DNA of 64,000 bases from Bacteroidota bacterium. GTDB lineage: Bacteria; Bacteroidota; Bacteroidia; Flavobacteriales_F; PHOS-HE28. The stretch spans positions 24,739-88,738 of the forward strand of contig JAFDZF010000061.1 in assembly GCA_018267055.1 (NCBI GenBank). The letters are read 5' to 3'. The translations under genes and the position numbers were made by a program. Shown here piece by piece: positions 19,677-31,574 of the stretch (the first letter of the stretch is position 1; every line of letters starts with the position of its first letter). The notes under the pieces are model-generated. The model did no database searches and had not been told where the DNA came from. It saw only the letters and a program-made list of their open reading frames with translations.

Positions 19677-20870
19677 CTATTTCGCCAGCACCTCCTTCAC
19701 CCGGTCGGCGGCCTCCTGCAGGGCCACGGCGCTCAGCACCTTCAGGCCGCTCTTGTCGATGAGCTGCTTGGCCTCCTCGGCGTTGGTGCCTTGCAGGCGC
19801 ACGATGATGGGTACCTGGATGTCGCCGATGTTCTTGTAGGCGTCCACGATGCCCTGGGCCACGCGGTCGCAGCGCACGATGCCGCCGAAGATGTTGACGA
19901 GGATCGCCTTCACGCGCGGGTCCTTGAGGATGATGCGGAAGGCCTTCTCCACCCGGGCCGCATCGGCCGTACCGCCCACGTCGAGGAAGTTGGCCGGCTC
20001 GCCGCCGCTGAGCTTGATGATGTCCATGGTGGCCATGGCCAGGCCGGCGCCGTTCACCATGCAGCCCACGTTGCCGTCGAGCTTCACGTAGTTGAGCCCC
20101 GCTTCGCCGGCCTCCACCTCGATGGGGTCCTCCTCGGTCTTGTCGCGCATCTCCACCAGGTCGGGGTGGCGGTAGAGCGCATTGCCGTCGAGGCGCACCT
20201 TGGCGTCCACGGCCACCACGCGGTCGTCGCTGGTCTTCAGCACCGGGTTGATCTCGAACATGGCGGCATCGCAGCCTTCGTAGGCCCGGTAGAGCGCGGC
20301 CACGAACTTGACCATCTCCTTCTTGGCCGCCCCGGTGACGCCCAGGTTGGTGGCGATCTTGTTGCACTGGAAGGGACGCAGGCCCACGCGGGGGTCCACC
20401 TCCTCCTTGAAGATCTTGTCCGGGGTGTGCTCGGCCACCTCCTCGATGTCCATGCCGCCCTCGGTGCTGTACATGATGATGTTCTTCGCGCTGGCGCGGT
20501 CGAGCAGCACGCTCATATAGTACTCCTTGGTGGGGCTGGCGCCGGGGTAGTACATGTCCTCGGCGATGAGCACCTTGTTCACGCGCTTGCCGGTGGGCGG
20601 GGTCTGCGGGGTGACCAGCTGCATGCCGATGATCGCGTTGGCCTTCTCGCGCACCTCGTCGATGGTCTTGGCCAGTTTCACGCCTCCCCCCTTGCCACGG
20701 CCGCCGGCGTGGATCTGGGCCTTCACCACCCAGAACTTGGTGCCGGTCTCCTGCGTGAGGCGCTTGGCCTGGTCGACGGCCTCATCGGCGTTGTAGGCCA
20801 CCAGACCGCGCTGGACGGCGACGCCGTAGTTGCTCAGGATGCTCTTGCCTTGGTATTCGTGGAGGTTCAT
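19677..20870 (-). CDS. sucC: Succinate--CoA ligase (ADP-forming) beta subunit
   Basis: [12 protein letters not shown]..., an ATP-grasp region, and [10 protein letters not shown]. Confidence 0.95.
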   Translation of the reverse strand: MNLHEYQGKSILSNYGVAVQRGLVAYNADEAVDQAKRLTQETGTKFWVVKAQIHAGGRGKGGGVKLAKTIDEVREKANAIIGMQLVTPQTPPTGKRVNKVLIAEDMYYPGASPTKEYYMSVLLDRASAKNIIMYSTEGGMDIEEVAEHTPDKIFKEEVDPRVGLRPFQCNKIATNLGVTGAAKKEMVKFVAALYRAYEGCDAAMFEINPVLKTSDDRVVAVDAKVRLDGNALYRHPDLVEMRDKTEEDPIEVEAGEAGLNYVKLDGNVGCMVNGAGLAMATMDIIKLSGGEPANFLDVGGTADAARVEKAFRIILKDPRVKAILVNIFGGIVRCDRVAQGIVDAYKNIGDIQVPIIVRLQGTNAEEAKQLIDKSGLKVLSAVALQEAADRVKEVLAK

Positions 20871-21005
20871 GGGCGGGTGAAGTCGGCGCGAATGTACATG
20901 CTCGGTGTTTCAGTGGTCGGTGGACAGGGGGGCATGTGGAGGGCCGTGGGCCGGCGGTGGGCGGCGGCCGGTCGTCCGCTTCGGAGAAGGCTTTTCTTTG
21001 CGGCC

Positions 21006-21653
21006 ATGATCATCGCCACGGCGTTGCGCAAGCGCTTCGGCACGCTCGACGTGCTGAAGGGCGTGGACCTGCACGTGGCGAAAGGCGAGGTGGTGAGCAT
21101 CGTGGGCGCCAGCGGCGCCGGCAAGACCACCCTGCTGCAGATCCTCGGCACCCTGGAGAAGGCCGACAGCGGCACCCTGCGGATCAACGGCGAGGAGGTC
21201 ACCGCGCTGTCGAGCCGGGCCTTGAGCGCCTTCCGGAACCGGCACATCGGCTTCGTCTTCCAGTTCCACCAGCTGCTGCCCGAGTTCACGGCCCTGGAGA
21301 ACGTGATGATGCCGGGGCTGATCGCCGGCCGCAGCAAGGCCGACTGCATCCCGCGCGCCGAGGAGCTGCTGGACCGCCTGAACGTGCTGCCCCGCCAGGA
21401 GCACAAGCCCAACCAGCTGAGCGGCGGCGAGCAACAGCGGGTGGCCGTGGCCCGCGCGCTGTTCAATGGGCCGAGCATCGTGCTGGCCGACGAGCCCAGC
21501 GGCAACCTCGACTCCGCCCATGCCCGCGAGCTGCACCAGCTCTTCTTCGCCCTGCGGAAGGAGCTCGGCCAGACCTTCGTGATCGTGACGCACAACGAGG
21601 AGCTGGCCGACATGGCCGACCGGAAGCTGACGATCAGGGACGGCGTGATCTGA
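21006..21653 (+). CDS. lolD: ABC transporter ATP-binding protein, LolD-like
   Basis: Walker [12 protein letters not shown], signature [13 protein letters not shown], Walker [13 protein letters not shown]. Start at ATG 21006. Confidence 0.85.
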   Translation: MIIATALRKRFGTLDVLKGVDLHVAKGEVVSIVGASGAGKTTLLQILGTLEKADSGTLRINGEEVTALSSRALSAFRNRHIGFVFQFHQLLPEFTALENVMMPGLIAGRSKADCIPRAEELLDRLNVLPRQEHKPNQLSGGEQQRVAVARALFNGPSIVLADEPSGNLDSAHARELHQLFFALRKELGQTFVIVTHNEELADMADRKLTIRDGVI

Positions 21654-21656
21654 GCC

Positions 21657-23168
21657 ATGGCAAGTTTCTTGCCCGGGCACGGGACCTTCGCCACCGCCAT
21701 GCGTTCCCTGCTCTTCCTGCTGCTGTCGGCCGCCTTCGCCCACGCCCGTGCCCAGCCCGTTCCGGACAGCATGGAGCGGTTGCCGGCCTGGATGCTGGAG
21801 CGCCTGTCGCTGCCCATGCCCGCCAAGCCGTATAAGCCGTCGGGCCCGGCATTGCACAAGAACGCGTTCACCGGCACCTGGGTGATGCGGTGCCCGGGCG
21901 GCAAGCGCATCGAATACTGGGGCGACGCCGACCGGATGATCTTCCGGGAGATGCGGGACACGGCCCTCCTCCGCGCCACACTGGTGGACCTGACCGCCAA
22001 CGTGCGCATCAGCGTGAGCGGCGACCGCGGGGCGGAGGTGACGGTCGCGGACCTGTACATCCCGCAAAGCGGCTATTTCCTCACACTGTGGAGCGAGAAG
22101 GTGACGGATACGGGCCGCACCGACACGGTGATGGGCGTGCGCTGCACCGAGCGCATCGGCGTGGACGACAACCGCGATACCACCGTGTACTGGCACACCG
22201 ATGCGCAACCGAAGCTCTTCGCCGACCTGGACGCCTGGGCCGCCTGGCTCTGCCGCGATGGCCAGCTGGAATACCTGAGCGCGTTCAATGACCCGAAAGC
22301 CGGGCCAGCGCTGCGCATCCGGTGGCACGCGCGGCAGTTCGAGCCCGCCGGTGAGATGGCCTTCGTGCGGATCACGCCCGGGCAACGGCCGATGCCCGCC
22401 GTGCAATGGCACCCCGACCGGGTGCTGGAGGACCGCTTCGCCTGGACGAACAGCTACCGCCTGGGACGCCTGCCGGCCTGGATGCGCGAACGCATCAACC
22501 CGCTGCCGCCGGACCCGCGCGTGGTGGACCGCACGCCTGCGGCCGTGGACCGCGGCATACCGGACAATGCGTTCATCGGCACGTTCACGGCCGAAGTGTC
22601 GCGCCTTCTCCTCGGGGAGAAGAAGGACACCATCGTGCGGGTGGCGCGCTACACGTACTGGGCCGATGCGCGCCGTGCGCTGGTGCGGCTGGACGCCCCG
22701 GAGGACAAAGGCATCATCACCTACCTCGTGGACCTGGACGCGGACGTGGTGGTCACCGCCGTGGACGAGCAGCACAACGTGATCCCCAAGCTGTACATCG
22801 ACCCCTTGGACAGGATCGGCACCACAGGCCCCGATCGTGGATCAGGACCGGAGCTCACCCCCACCGGCACGTTCAACACCATCCTGGGCCACCGCTGCGA
22901 GCGCTACACGCTCGGCAGCGCGCCCCAGCCCCCCATCTGGATCTCCGACGTGCAACAGAAGCCCGGCCCCGACATGGCCCGCTGGCTGAACGAGGGGTTC
23001 GCGCAGCACTTCAAGGACCTGCTGCTCTTCGATGTGGCGGGCAAGCCGATGCCGTTCGTGATGGGCCGCATGCAGCTCACCGCGTTCACGCTCGGCAGCA
23101 TGGTGCCGCCGGCCATCGACCTCAGCACCTACCGGGTGAACGACGAGCGGCTGGGCCGCCGCCGCTGA
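21657..23168 (+). CDS. Secreted protein with two tandem DUF4412-like domains
   Basis: Signal peptide at MRSLLFLLLSAAFAHARAQ (alternative start 21699). Internal duplication: RLPAWMLERL...NAFTGTW... and RLPAWMRERI...NAFIGTF... Confidence 0.65.
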   Translation: MASFLPGHGTFATAMRSLLFLLLSAAFAHARAQPVPDSMERLPAWMLERLSLPMPAKPYKPSGPALHKNAFTGTWVMRCPGGKRIEYWGDADRMIFREMRDTALLRATLVDLTANVRISVSGDRGAEVTVADLYIPQSGYFLTLWSEKVTDTGRTDTVMGVRCTERIGVDDNRDTTVYWHTDAQPKLFADLDAWAAWLCRDGQLEYLSAFNDPKAGPALRIRWHARQFEPAGEMAFVRITPGQRPMPAVQWHPDRVLEDRFAWTNSYRLGRLPAWMRERINPLPPDPRVVDRTPAAVDRGIPDNAFIGTFTAEVSRLLLGEKKDTIVRVARYTYWADARRALVRLDAPEDKGIITYLVDLDADVVVTAVDEQHNVIPKLYIDPLDRIGTTGPDRGSGPELTPTGTFNTILGHRCERYTLGSAPQPPIWISDVQQKPGPDMARWLNEGFAQHFKDLLLFDVAGKPMPFVMGRMQLTAFTLGSMVPPAIDLSTYRVNDERLGRRR

Positions 23169-23243
23169 GCGGCCCGGAACGGGACCGCCAGGGCGCACAA
23201 CGGCACAGGAGCCCGGTGCGTCAAGGGAACATATGCCCCTCCC

Positions 23244-24956
23244 ATGGCCCACTTCTTCCCGTTCCGTCCGCTCCTTGTCCCCATCCTGTTCCTATACGCC
23301 TCCGCCGGCTTCGCCCAAAGCTGGTCGTGGGCCCTCACCGGCGGCGGGTCCGCGGACGCCCTCTTCGCCGGCGTAGGCCCCGATGCGGTGAACGACATCA
23401 CTACGGACGCGCATGGCCATGTGTACGTGCTGTCCACCTTGAGCGGGGCCGATGCCCAGGTGGACGGCCATCCGGTGCCCGCCGAGAACGGGGAGGTGGT
23501 CCTGTCCAGCTTCCGCTGCGACGGCAGCTTCCGGTGGTCGCGGGCCTTCGGCACGCCCCTGGGCGCGGACCACGGCCGCAGCATCCGCACGGACGCCGAG
23601 GGCGGGGTCTACGTGGCCGCCTGGCTCGCCTACAACCTCGGCGGCGTCGGCACGGATACCACGTGGTCGTGGCTCTACCTCAGCTCCTTCGTGATGAAGT
23701 TCGACAGCACCGGCGCGTTCCAGTGGCTGCGCTCACCGGAACCGGTCACGTTCGCGGCCATGCCGCAGAACTATCCGATGGACATGGACGTGGACGCGGA
23801 AGGCAACAGCTACTTCCTGTGCGACATCAAGGATCCCGGCACATACGGTGACGGAGCGGCGGTCATCGACCAGCCGGGCGTGCACATCTTCACGTACGAC
23901 CGCAATGGGGTCTTCCTGGAGGACATCGCCCTGCCCATGGCGGTGGACGGGCCGCATGCCCGGAGCGTCTCGATGCGCAGGGACCCGGCCACCGGACGCT
24001 TCGTCCTCTGCGGGTACCGTTTCATCGGGTACGGCGTGGTCATCGGCGGGCAGCCGGTGATGCACCCGATGTACGTGGCGAGCTTCGATGCGCAAGGCGG
24101 GCTGCTCTGGGAGCGTGAGAACACGAGCGCCTTCGCCAACGGGTTCACCGCGCGCCCGGCCATCGACGCGCAGGGCGGCATCTACCTCGCGGGCTCCAGC
24201 TCGCATGGGGACGATTTCCTGGGCTACGCCTTCGTGAACACCATCACCACGATGGGCCACGTGGGCCCGCTGGTCGTGAAGCTGAACGCGGCCGGCGAAC
24301 TGCAATGGGGCATCAACGGCTCCACCGACGCGGCCACTTCCGTGACGAGCGTGGCCCTGAGCGGGAACGACGTGGTGGTCTCCGGCCAGTACCCCGGCAT
24401 GCTCTCCTTCCCCGGCGCGGACCGGCCGCTGGCGCATGCGCTCGACCAGGGCCTGGACATCTTCACGGCACGTTTCTCCCGGCAGACCGGCGCCTTGCAG
24501 CGGATCGATACCATCCCCAGTCCCAGCGGCATGGACGAGGAGGTGGGCGCCACCGCGACCGACGGCCACGGCGACCTCTACCTCGGCGCCTCTTTCGCCG
24601 GCAGCGTGACGATCGGCGGCCAGCAGCTGCACACCAGCGGAGGCGACCAGGACATCCTGGTGGCGAAGCTGGGCACGAACAGCTGCACGGTGCCCACGGG
24701 CCTCGCCGATGCCGCGCCACGTCCGACGTTCCGCTTGTTCCCGGTACCGGCCACGGACCATGTGACGCTGCAAGGGGCCCGGGCCGGCCAACGGCTGGTG
24801 CTCTGCGACGCGCTGGGCCGCACGGTCCGGGAGGAGGTCCTTCGCACGGACGACCCGGTGCTGGACATCGGCGCACTGACGCCCGGCACCTACCTGGTGC
24901 AGGTGGCGACCGGCCTTGGAACGCAAGCCGCCGCGCGGATCCTGAAGAAGCCCTGA
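23244..24956 (+). CDS. Beta-propeller (SBBP-like repeat) protein with T9SS C-terminal sorting domain
   Basis: Signal peptide ending ASAGFAQ. Repeated D..G..Y(V/L) blades. C-terminal FRLFPVPATDHVTL...LTPGTYLVQV CTD. Confidence 0.75.
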   Translation: MAHFFPFRPLLVPILFLYASAGFAQSWSWALTGGGSADALFAGVGPDAVNDITTDAHGHVYVLSTLSGADAQVDGHPVPAENGEVVLSSFRCDGSFRWSRAFGTPLGADHGRSIRTDAEGGVYVAAWLAYNLGGVGTDTTWSWLYLSSFVMKFDSTGAFQWLRSPEPVTFAAMPQNYPMDMDVDAEGNSYFLCDIKDPGTYGDGAAVIDQPGVHIFTYDRNGVFLEDIALPMAVDGPHARSVSMRRDPATGRFVLCGYRFIGYGVVIGGQPVMHPMYVASFDAQGGLLWERENTSAFANGFTARPAIDAQGGIYLAGSSSHGDDFLGYAFVNTITTMGHVGPLVVKLNAAGELQWGINGSTDAATSVTSVALSGNDVVVSGQYPGMLSFPGADRPLAHALDQGLDIFTARFSRQTGALQRIDTIPSPSGMDEEVGATATDGHGDLYLGASFAGSVTIGGQQLHTSGGDQDILVAKLGTNSCTVPTGLADAAPRPTFRLFPVPATDHVTLQGARAGQRLVLCDALGRTVREEVLRTDDPVLDIGALTPGTYLVQVATGLGTQAAARILKKP

Positions 24957-25028
24957 CCGGGAGCGCGCCACGCCTCCGCGGAGGGGTCCGGGGGACATGC
25001 CTACTTTCATGGACCCAACGCCCCTGCC

Positions 25029-25778
25029 ATGCGTTCCCTCGCCCTGCTCCTCGCCGCCACCTTCGCCTCCTTCACCAGCGCCCAAACAGGCGCCGACCGG
25101 ACGCCCCTCCCCGGCCCCGTCGGCACCACGCTGGAGGACGACAACGACCCCTTCGTGCCCAATGCCTTCATCGGCAGCTTCCGCATGGAGATGCACCGCT
25201 TCCACGGCGGTACGGAGGACAGGACCGGACCGACGAACATGCGCTTCTGGAGCAGTGCCGACAGGACGCTCCACCAATTGGAGATGCCGGGCGGCCAGGG
25301 CGCGGGCATGAAGGTGATGACCGACCTGAAGGGCAAGTGGAGCTACACCTTGGTCGACGACGGGAAGGGCAAGCGCATCGCCATGAAGAGCCGCAAGAAG
25401 AAGCCGGTGCTGACGGCGGACGCGCCCGACGGCGAAAAGCCCATGATCACGGTGACCGAGGAGACCAAGGCCATCGACGGCCATGCCTGCACGAAGGTGA
25501 TCGCGAAGAGCAAGGAAGGCACCTGGACCGGCTGGGTGGCCCAGGACATCGCCATGCCCTTCTCCGACCTGATGCGCAACCTGCAGCGCGGCCGGCCGGA
25601 CCCGGCGATGGAAGCCTGGAAGGACGTGAAGGGGTTCCCGCTCGAATACGAATGGACGGACCAGGACGGCAGCCGCATGGTGGTGTACATGAAGGACCTG
25701 GAGCTGGGCGACGTGGATAGCTCAGTGTTCTCCCTGGACGGATACGAAGTGCGCGAGATGCCGGCCCTCGGCCGCTGA
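25029..25778 (+). CDS. DUF4412-like secreted protein
   Basis: Signal peptide MRSLALLLAATFASFTSAQ. PNAFIGSFRMEM... has the same domain signature as the halves of 21657-23168. Confidence 0.65.
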   Translation: MRSLALLLAATFASFTSAQTGADRTPLPGPVGTTLEDDNDPFVPNAFIGSFRMEMHRFHGGTEDRTGPTNMRFWSSADRTLHQLEMPGGQGAGMKVMTDLKGKWSYTLVDDGKGKRIAMKSRKKKPVLTADAPDGEKPMITVTEETKAIDGHACTKVIAKSKEGTWTGWVAQDIAMPFSDLMRNLQRGRPDPAMEAWKDVKGFPLEYEWTDQDGSRMVVYMKDLELGDVDSSVFSLDGYEVREMPALGR

Positions 25779-25790
25779 GCCCGACGGGAA

Positions 25791-26189
25791 ATGCCGCACC
25801 TCGCCATCCTGGTCTGCGCCCTGAGCATCTTCGCCCTGGGCGGCCTGTGGTATTCGCCCGCGCTCTTCGGCCGGGCCTGGGGCCGCGCGAACGGCCTGCC
25901 GACAGGCCCGAAAGCAGGCAAGGCCAAGCATCCGGCAAGCGTGTACGGCGTGGCCTTCCTCATGGCCTGGCTCGCGGCCTATGCCTTCGTCATCCTGGTG
26001 GGCCATGGCGCGGCGACCCTTCACCATTGGCTGCACCATGGCTTCGTCTGCGGGCTGGGCATCGCGGCCACCAGCTTCGCCATCAACTACCGGTTCGCCG
26101 ACAGGAGCACCACCCTCCTGCTCATCGACGGTGGGTACCACACCGTGCAGTTCACGCTGTACGGGCTTATCCTGGGGCTTTGGACGTGA
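25791..26189 (+). CDS. DUF1761-like small membrane protein
   Basis: GGLWYSPALFGRAWG motif and four hydrophobic segments. Confidence 0.6.
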   Translation: MPHLAILVCALSIFALGGLWYSPALFGRAWGRANGLPTGPKAGKAKHPASVYGVAFLMAWLAAYAFVILVGHGAATLHHWLHHGFVCGLGIAATSFAINYRFADRSTTLLLIDGGYHTVQFTLYGLILGLWT

Positions 26190-26629
26190 ACGTTCCCAAT
26201 GGCCTCATCATCGCCGGCGGCATCGGGCAGATCTTCACCGCGCTCGTGTATCCGTACATCCGCCACGTGGTGTTCGACTGGTACAACGACGTGAAGAAGC
26301 TGAAGCCGCTGAACCAGGAGATCGCCAAGACCTACGGCCGGTACATCCAGGGACTGAACTTCGCCTTCGGGCTCATCGCCCTGCTGTTCACCAGCGAACT
26401 GAAGGACGGTACCGGCCTGGCCGTAGCGCTCACCGGCCTGATCGCCGCCTATTGGGTGGGCAAGGTGGCCACCCAGTTCAGCTACTACCCCATGTACACC
26501 ATCCCGAAGAAGACGATCTTCAAGATCGGCGAGGTAGGCATGAACGCACTGTTCCTGTTCTTCGCCGCCACCTACACTTGGTTGTTCATCCAGAACGTGC
26601 GCATGCATTACGGCGTTCTCGCCCCCTGA
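26186..26629 (+). CDS. Hypothetical membrane protein (GTG or TTG start)
   Basis: A clean hydrophobic-helix pattern (LIIAGGIGQIFTALVY..., FAFGLIALLF..., ALFLFFAATYTWLF) begins only after the DUF1761 stop. There is no in-frame ATG nearby. Candidate starts are GTG 26186 and TTG 26180. Confidence 0.55.
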   Translation: MNVPNGLIIAGGIGQIFTALVYPYIRHVVFDWYNDVKKLKPLNQEIAKTYGRYIQGLNFAFGLIALLFTSELKDGTGLAVALTGLIAAYWVGKVATQFSYYPMYTIPKKTIFKIGEVGMNALFLFFAATYTWLFIQNVRMHYGVLAP

Positions 26630-26636
26630 CCGTTCG

Positions 26637-27485
26637 ATGCCCCGCGCTCCCCTCTCCCCTGCCGACCTGCGGGCCCTATTGGAAGACGCCTACGAGCGCT
26701 TCGCCCGCCCCGCCTTCATCACCGACGATCCGATCCAGGTGCCGCGCGCCTTCGCCAAGCGCGAGGACGCCGAAGCCATCGGCTTCCTCACCGCCACCAT
26801 CGCCTGGGGCCAGCGCAAGACCATCATCGCCAATGCCTGGAAGCTGGTGCGCCTGATGGACGAGGCCCCGCACGACTTCATCCGCCATGCCGGCCCGGCG
26901 GACCTGGACCGGCTGGACCGCTTCGTGCATCGCACGTTCAACGGCATCGACCTGCGTCATTTCGTCCTTGCACTGCGGCACCTGCATGCAGCCCATGGCG
27001 GGCTGGAAGGCGCCTTCCTCGCGAACGGTGCCTTCGGTGACGCGGGCACCGCCATCGCGCGCTTCAAGGAGCGGTTCTTCGCGATCCCGCATGCGGCGCG
27101 CACCCGCAAGCACGTGGCCGATCCGTTGCGCGGCAGCAACGCGAAGCGCATCAACATGTACCTGCGCTGGATGGTGCGGCCGGCCGACCGCGGCGTGGAC
27201 CTGGGCCTGTGGGAACGGATCCCCGCCTCCGCCCTGCACGTGCCGCTCGACGTGCACACGGGCCGGGTGGCCCGCGAGCTGGGCTTGCTGCATCGTTCCC
27301 AGGACGACTGGAAAAGCGTGGTCGAGCTGACGGAGGCGCTCCGCCGGCTCGACCCGCAGGATCCGATCAAGTACGATATCGCGCTCTTCGCCCTCGGTGT
27401 GGAGGGGAAGGCCGGCGATCAGCGCTGGAAGACCACGCGGGCCGTGCGCACAGCGCCCCGCTCGTCCGTGGCGCGCACCAGGTAG
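26637..27485 (+). CDS. TIGR02757 (DUF2400) family protein
   Basis: FITDDPIQVP...FLTATIAWGQRKTII...RKHVADP...KRINMYLRWMVR matches my memory of this family. The 3' end overlaps the convergent gene by 67 nt. Confidence 0.6.
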   Translation: MPRAPLSPADLRALLEDAYERFARPAFITDDPIQVPRAFAKREDAEAIGFLTATIAWGQRKTIIANAWKLVRLMDEAPHDFIRHAGPADLDRLDRFVHRTFNGIDLRHFVLALRHLHAAHGGLEGAFLANGAFGDAGTAIARFKERFFAIPHAARTRKHVADPLRGSNAKRINMYLRWMVRPADRGVDLGLWERIPASALHVPLDVHTGRVARELGLLHRSQDDWKSVVELTEALRRLDPQDPIKYDIALFALGVEGKAGDQRWKTTRAVRTAPRSSVARTR

Positions 27486-29857
27486 ACCCCGTCCGGCAGG
27501 CCCTCGCCGGCCAGCACCACCGTGTCCGAGCGGCGGGTGATGCTGTGCACGAGGCGGCCCGTGCCGTCCAGCAGGTCCACGGTCACGCGCCCCTGGAGGT
27601 CACCGCCCAGATGCACCGTCACCGGTCCTTGCGCCGGGTTGGGATACACCGCGATGCGGCCATCGGCCACCGGCTCCGCGATGCCGACGGTGCCGGCCTC
27701 GGTGGAGAAGGTGTTGAACGTGGTGTTGGTGATCACCGGCGCATTGTTGTCGAAGTAGATGGCGGCGGTGTTGTGCGCCACGGTCCCTTCGGCCAGTCCC
27801 GGCAGCGGCGCGATGCTGAAGCGCACGAAGCCCTGGCTGCCCATGGGATCGCTCGCGCTGTCCGGCAGGTTGATATCGGCGAAGTCGAAGCGGAGCACCC
27901 CCTCATGGGTGAGCAGGCTGTGCTGGGCATGGCTCGCCTCCAGCACCTTCAGTGTGGAGAGGTCGAGGTCGCTGTCCAGCGTATCCACGATGGCCACGTG
28001 CCAGGCCTCGGCGTTGCCGGTGTTCTGGAAGCGCACCGTGTACGTGAGCACCTGGCCCATCGCCGTGAGGTGCTCGGGGCCTTCACCCATGGGAGAGGCG
28101 ACCTTGTCGTTCGGGTCGATGGCGCAGAGGAGCGTGGGATCGTAGTGCACGGTGTGCGTGCTCAGCGGCTCGCCGCCTTGCAGGGCCACGGCCCGCAGTT
28201 CGTCGTGCAGCACTTCGCCCACGTGCTCCGAGCCCGGCAGGTGCGCCACCACATGGATGGAGCGCTGGTGCGTGGGCTGCAGGCCCGGGAAGTCCCAGGT
28301 GGGATGGCCGTCCACGATGGCCGTGGGGGCCGGGTCGGACCAGACGAAGGTGGACAGCGGGTCCAGCAGCAGGGTCGCGCGCACGTCGCTCACCTGGTTG
28401 CCGGTGTTGGCCACGCCGGCCCAGTAGGAGATCTCCGTGCCGCAGCGCAGGGGCGCGCTGGTCAGCGTCGGTTGCAGCACGCTGAGCACCTCGTCCGCAT
28501 GCAGGCCGAAATCGTTGTCGTGCGCGGAGCCGTTCTCGGGCACCACCACATGGTAAAGGCCGGGCGTGGTCAGCGTCCAGCCCGCCACCGGAGGCAGCCA
28601 GACGTCGTATTCGCTGGGCACCACGCTGAACCAGTACATGCCGCTCGCATTGGTGTAGGTGGCCCCCACGTCGGAGGCCTCCACGCGGACGTTCATCAGG
28701 CCGTGGTCGTTGCCGTTGAAGATGCCGTCGCCGTTGAGGTCGTTGAACACGCGGCCCGTGATGCGCCCTTCGGCATTGGCCAGGCTGGTGTACCAGATCA
28801 CCTTGTTCAGGTCGGTGCTGGCCACGAAGAGGTCGGCATCGCCGTCACCGTCCACATCACCGCCCGCGAAGGCGTATACCCCCGGCAGGTCGAAGCCCAC
28901 CGTCTGGCGCGGGCCATAGTTGCCGTGGCCGTCGGTGTTCTCGAACCAGGCCACCTCATCGGTCATCAGGGAGGTCACCACCGCGTCCATATCGCCGTCC
29001 CCGTCCAGGTCGCAAGCGCCCACCTTGGCAGGCCCTTGGAAAGCCGCATCGAGGACCTGCGGCCCACCCAGCACGCCGTTGTCGCCGGTATTGCGCTGCC
29101 AGAACACGCTGCCTTGGGCCGCGTTCGCCAGCAGCACGTCCACCAGGCCGTCGTTGTCCAGGTCGCGGGCCACGCCATGGCCGGCGATGGTCAGGGTCTG
29201 CGGGGTATCGAACGTGCCCTGGATGTTGGCGCACATGTGCACTTCCTCTTCCGTCGTGGAGGAGTACACCAGGTCGAGGTCGAGGTCACCGTCCATGTCC
29301 ACGGCGTCCACGTAGGCCAGGCCGGGCAGGGAAGCCAGCACCAGCGGGGTGGCGAAGCCGCCGACCGCATTGGCATTGTAGCACAGCACCAGGCGGCCGT
29401 CGTCCGTGGCGAAGTAGAGGTCCTGGTCGCCGTCGCCGTCCACATCGGCGTACCGCAGCTCATTGGCGCTGAAGCCGGGCACGATCAGCTGGCCCGCATC
29501 GAAGGTGCCGTCACCGTCGTTCCGGTACATGTAGATCCCTCCGCCCAGTTCCCGGCTGCCCACCAGGTCCGGCAGGCCGTCCCCGTCCACGTCCATCATG
29601 CAGCCCACCGTTTCATTGGGGGTGATGGTGACCGGCGCGGCGAACTGCCCCTGGCCGTTCTGGTTGATGTAGACGCTCAGGCCCTCGCGGTAGCCCACCA
29701 TCATGTCGAGGTCACCGTCGCCATCGACGTCCTCGAGCGCCAGGCTGCGCGGTCCCGGGCAGAAGTACTGGTATTGCGGACCGAACTGGGCGGCGACGTG
29801 CGCCGCGGGCAAGGCACCAAGCACGGCACACAACAGGAAGGGGCGCCACAAGCGCAT
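27419..29857 (-). CDS. FG-GAP/VCBS-repeat protein with T9SS C-terminal sorting domain
   Basis: Repeated DVDGDGDxD Ca-binding FG-GAP loops. C-terminal IAVYPNPAQGPVTVHL...LPDGVYLVRATD CTD. Signal peptide at the internal ATG 29857. Confidence 0.85.
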   Translation of the reverse strand: MRLWRPFLLCAVLGALPAAHVAAQFGPQYQYFCPGPRSLALEDVDGDGDLDMMVGYREGLSVYINQNGQGQFAAPVTITPNETVGCMMDVDGDGLPDLVGSRELGGGIYMYRNDGDGTFDAGQLIVPGFSANELRYADVDGDGDQDLYFATDDGRLVLCYNANAVGGFATPLVLASLPGLAYVDAVDMDGDLDLDLVYSSTTEEEVHMCANIQGTFDTPQTLTIAGHGVARDLDNDGLVDVLLANAAQGSVFWQRNTGDNGVLGGPQVLDAAFQGPAKVGACDLDGDGDMDAVVTSLMTDEVAWFENTDGHGNYGPRQTVGFDLPGVYAFAGGDVDGDGDADLFVASTDLNKVIWYTSLANAEGRITGRVFNDLNGDGIFNGNDHGLMNVRVEASDVGATYTNASGMYWFSVVPSEYDVWLPPVAGWTLTTPGLYHVVVPENGSAHDNDFGLHADEVLSVLQPTLTSAPLRCGTEISYWAGVANTGNQVSDVRATLLLDPLSTFVWSDPAPTAIVDGHPTWDFPGLQPTHQRSIHVVAHLPGSEHVGEVLHDELRAVALQGGEPLSTHTVHYDPTLLCAIDPNDKVASPMGEGPEHLTAMGQVLTYTVRFQNTGNAEAWHVAIVDTLDSDLDLSTLKVLEASHAQHSLLTHEGVLRFDFADINLPDSASDPMGSQGFVRFSIAPLPGLAEGTVAHNTAAIYFDNNAPVITNTTFNTFSTEAGTVGIAEPVADGRIAVYPNPAQGPVTVHLGGDLQGRVTVDLLDGTGRLVHSITRRSDTVVLAGEGLPDGVYLVRATDERGAVRTARVVFQR

Positions 29858-29921
29858 GGGCTGAAGAGTTTGGGCCCGTTCTACGTGATCGCCTCCGATT
29901 GGTTCCGCGAAATGCCGGACC

Positions 29922-29959
29922 AACAAAAAGAAAGACCCGACGAACGGTCGCCGGGTCTT
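29922..29959 (-). terminator. Rho-independent terminator of guaB
   Basis: Minus strand: AGACCCG(GC)GAC-CGTTC-GTCCGGGTCT-type stem (10 bp with a 2-nt bulge), followed by TTCTTTTTGTTGG. Confidence 0.6.
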
Positions 29960-29977
29960 CCAGGAGCGGAGGGCCGC

Positions 29978-31510
<1,533 letters not shown>

Positions 31511-31574
31511 AAGTATGGATCCGGGCGATCCGATCGGTGTTCCCTGGTCCGGCGGGGGCTCCGGAAGGTCGCGG

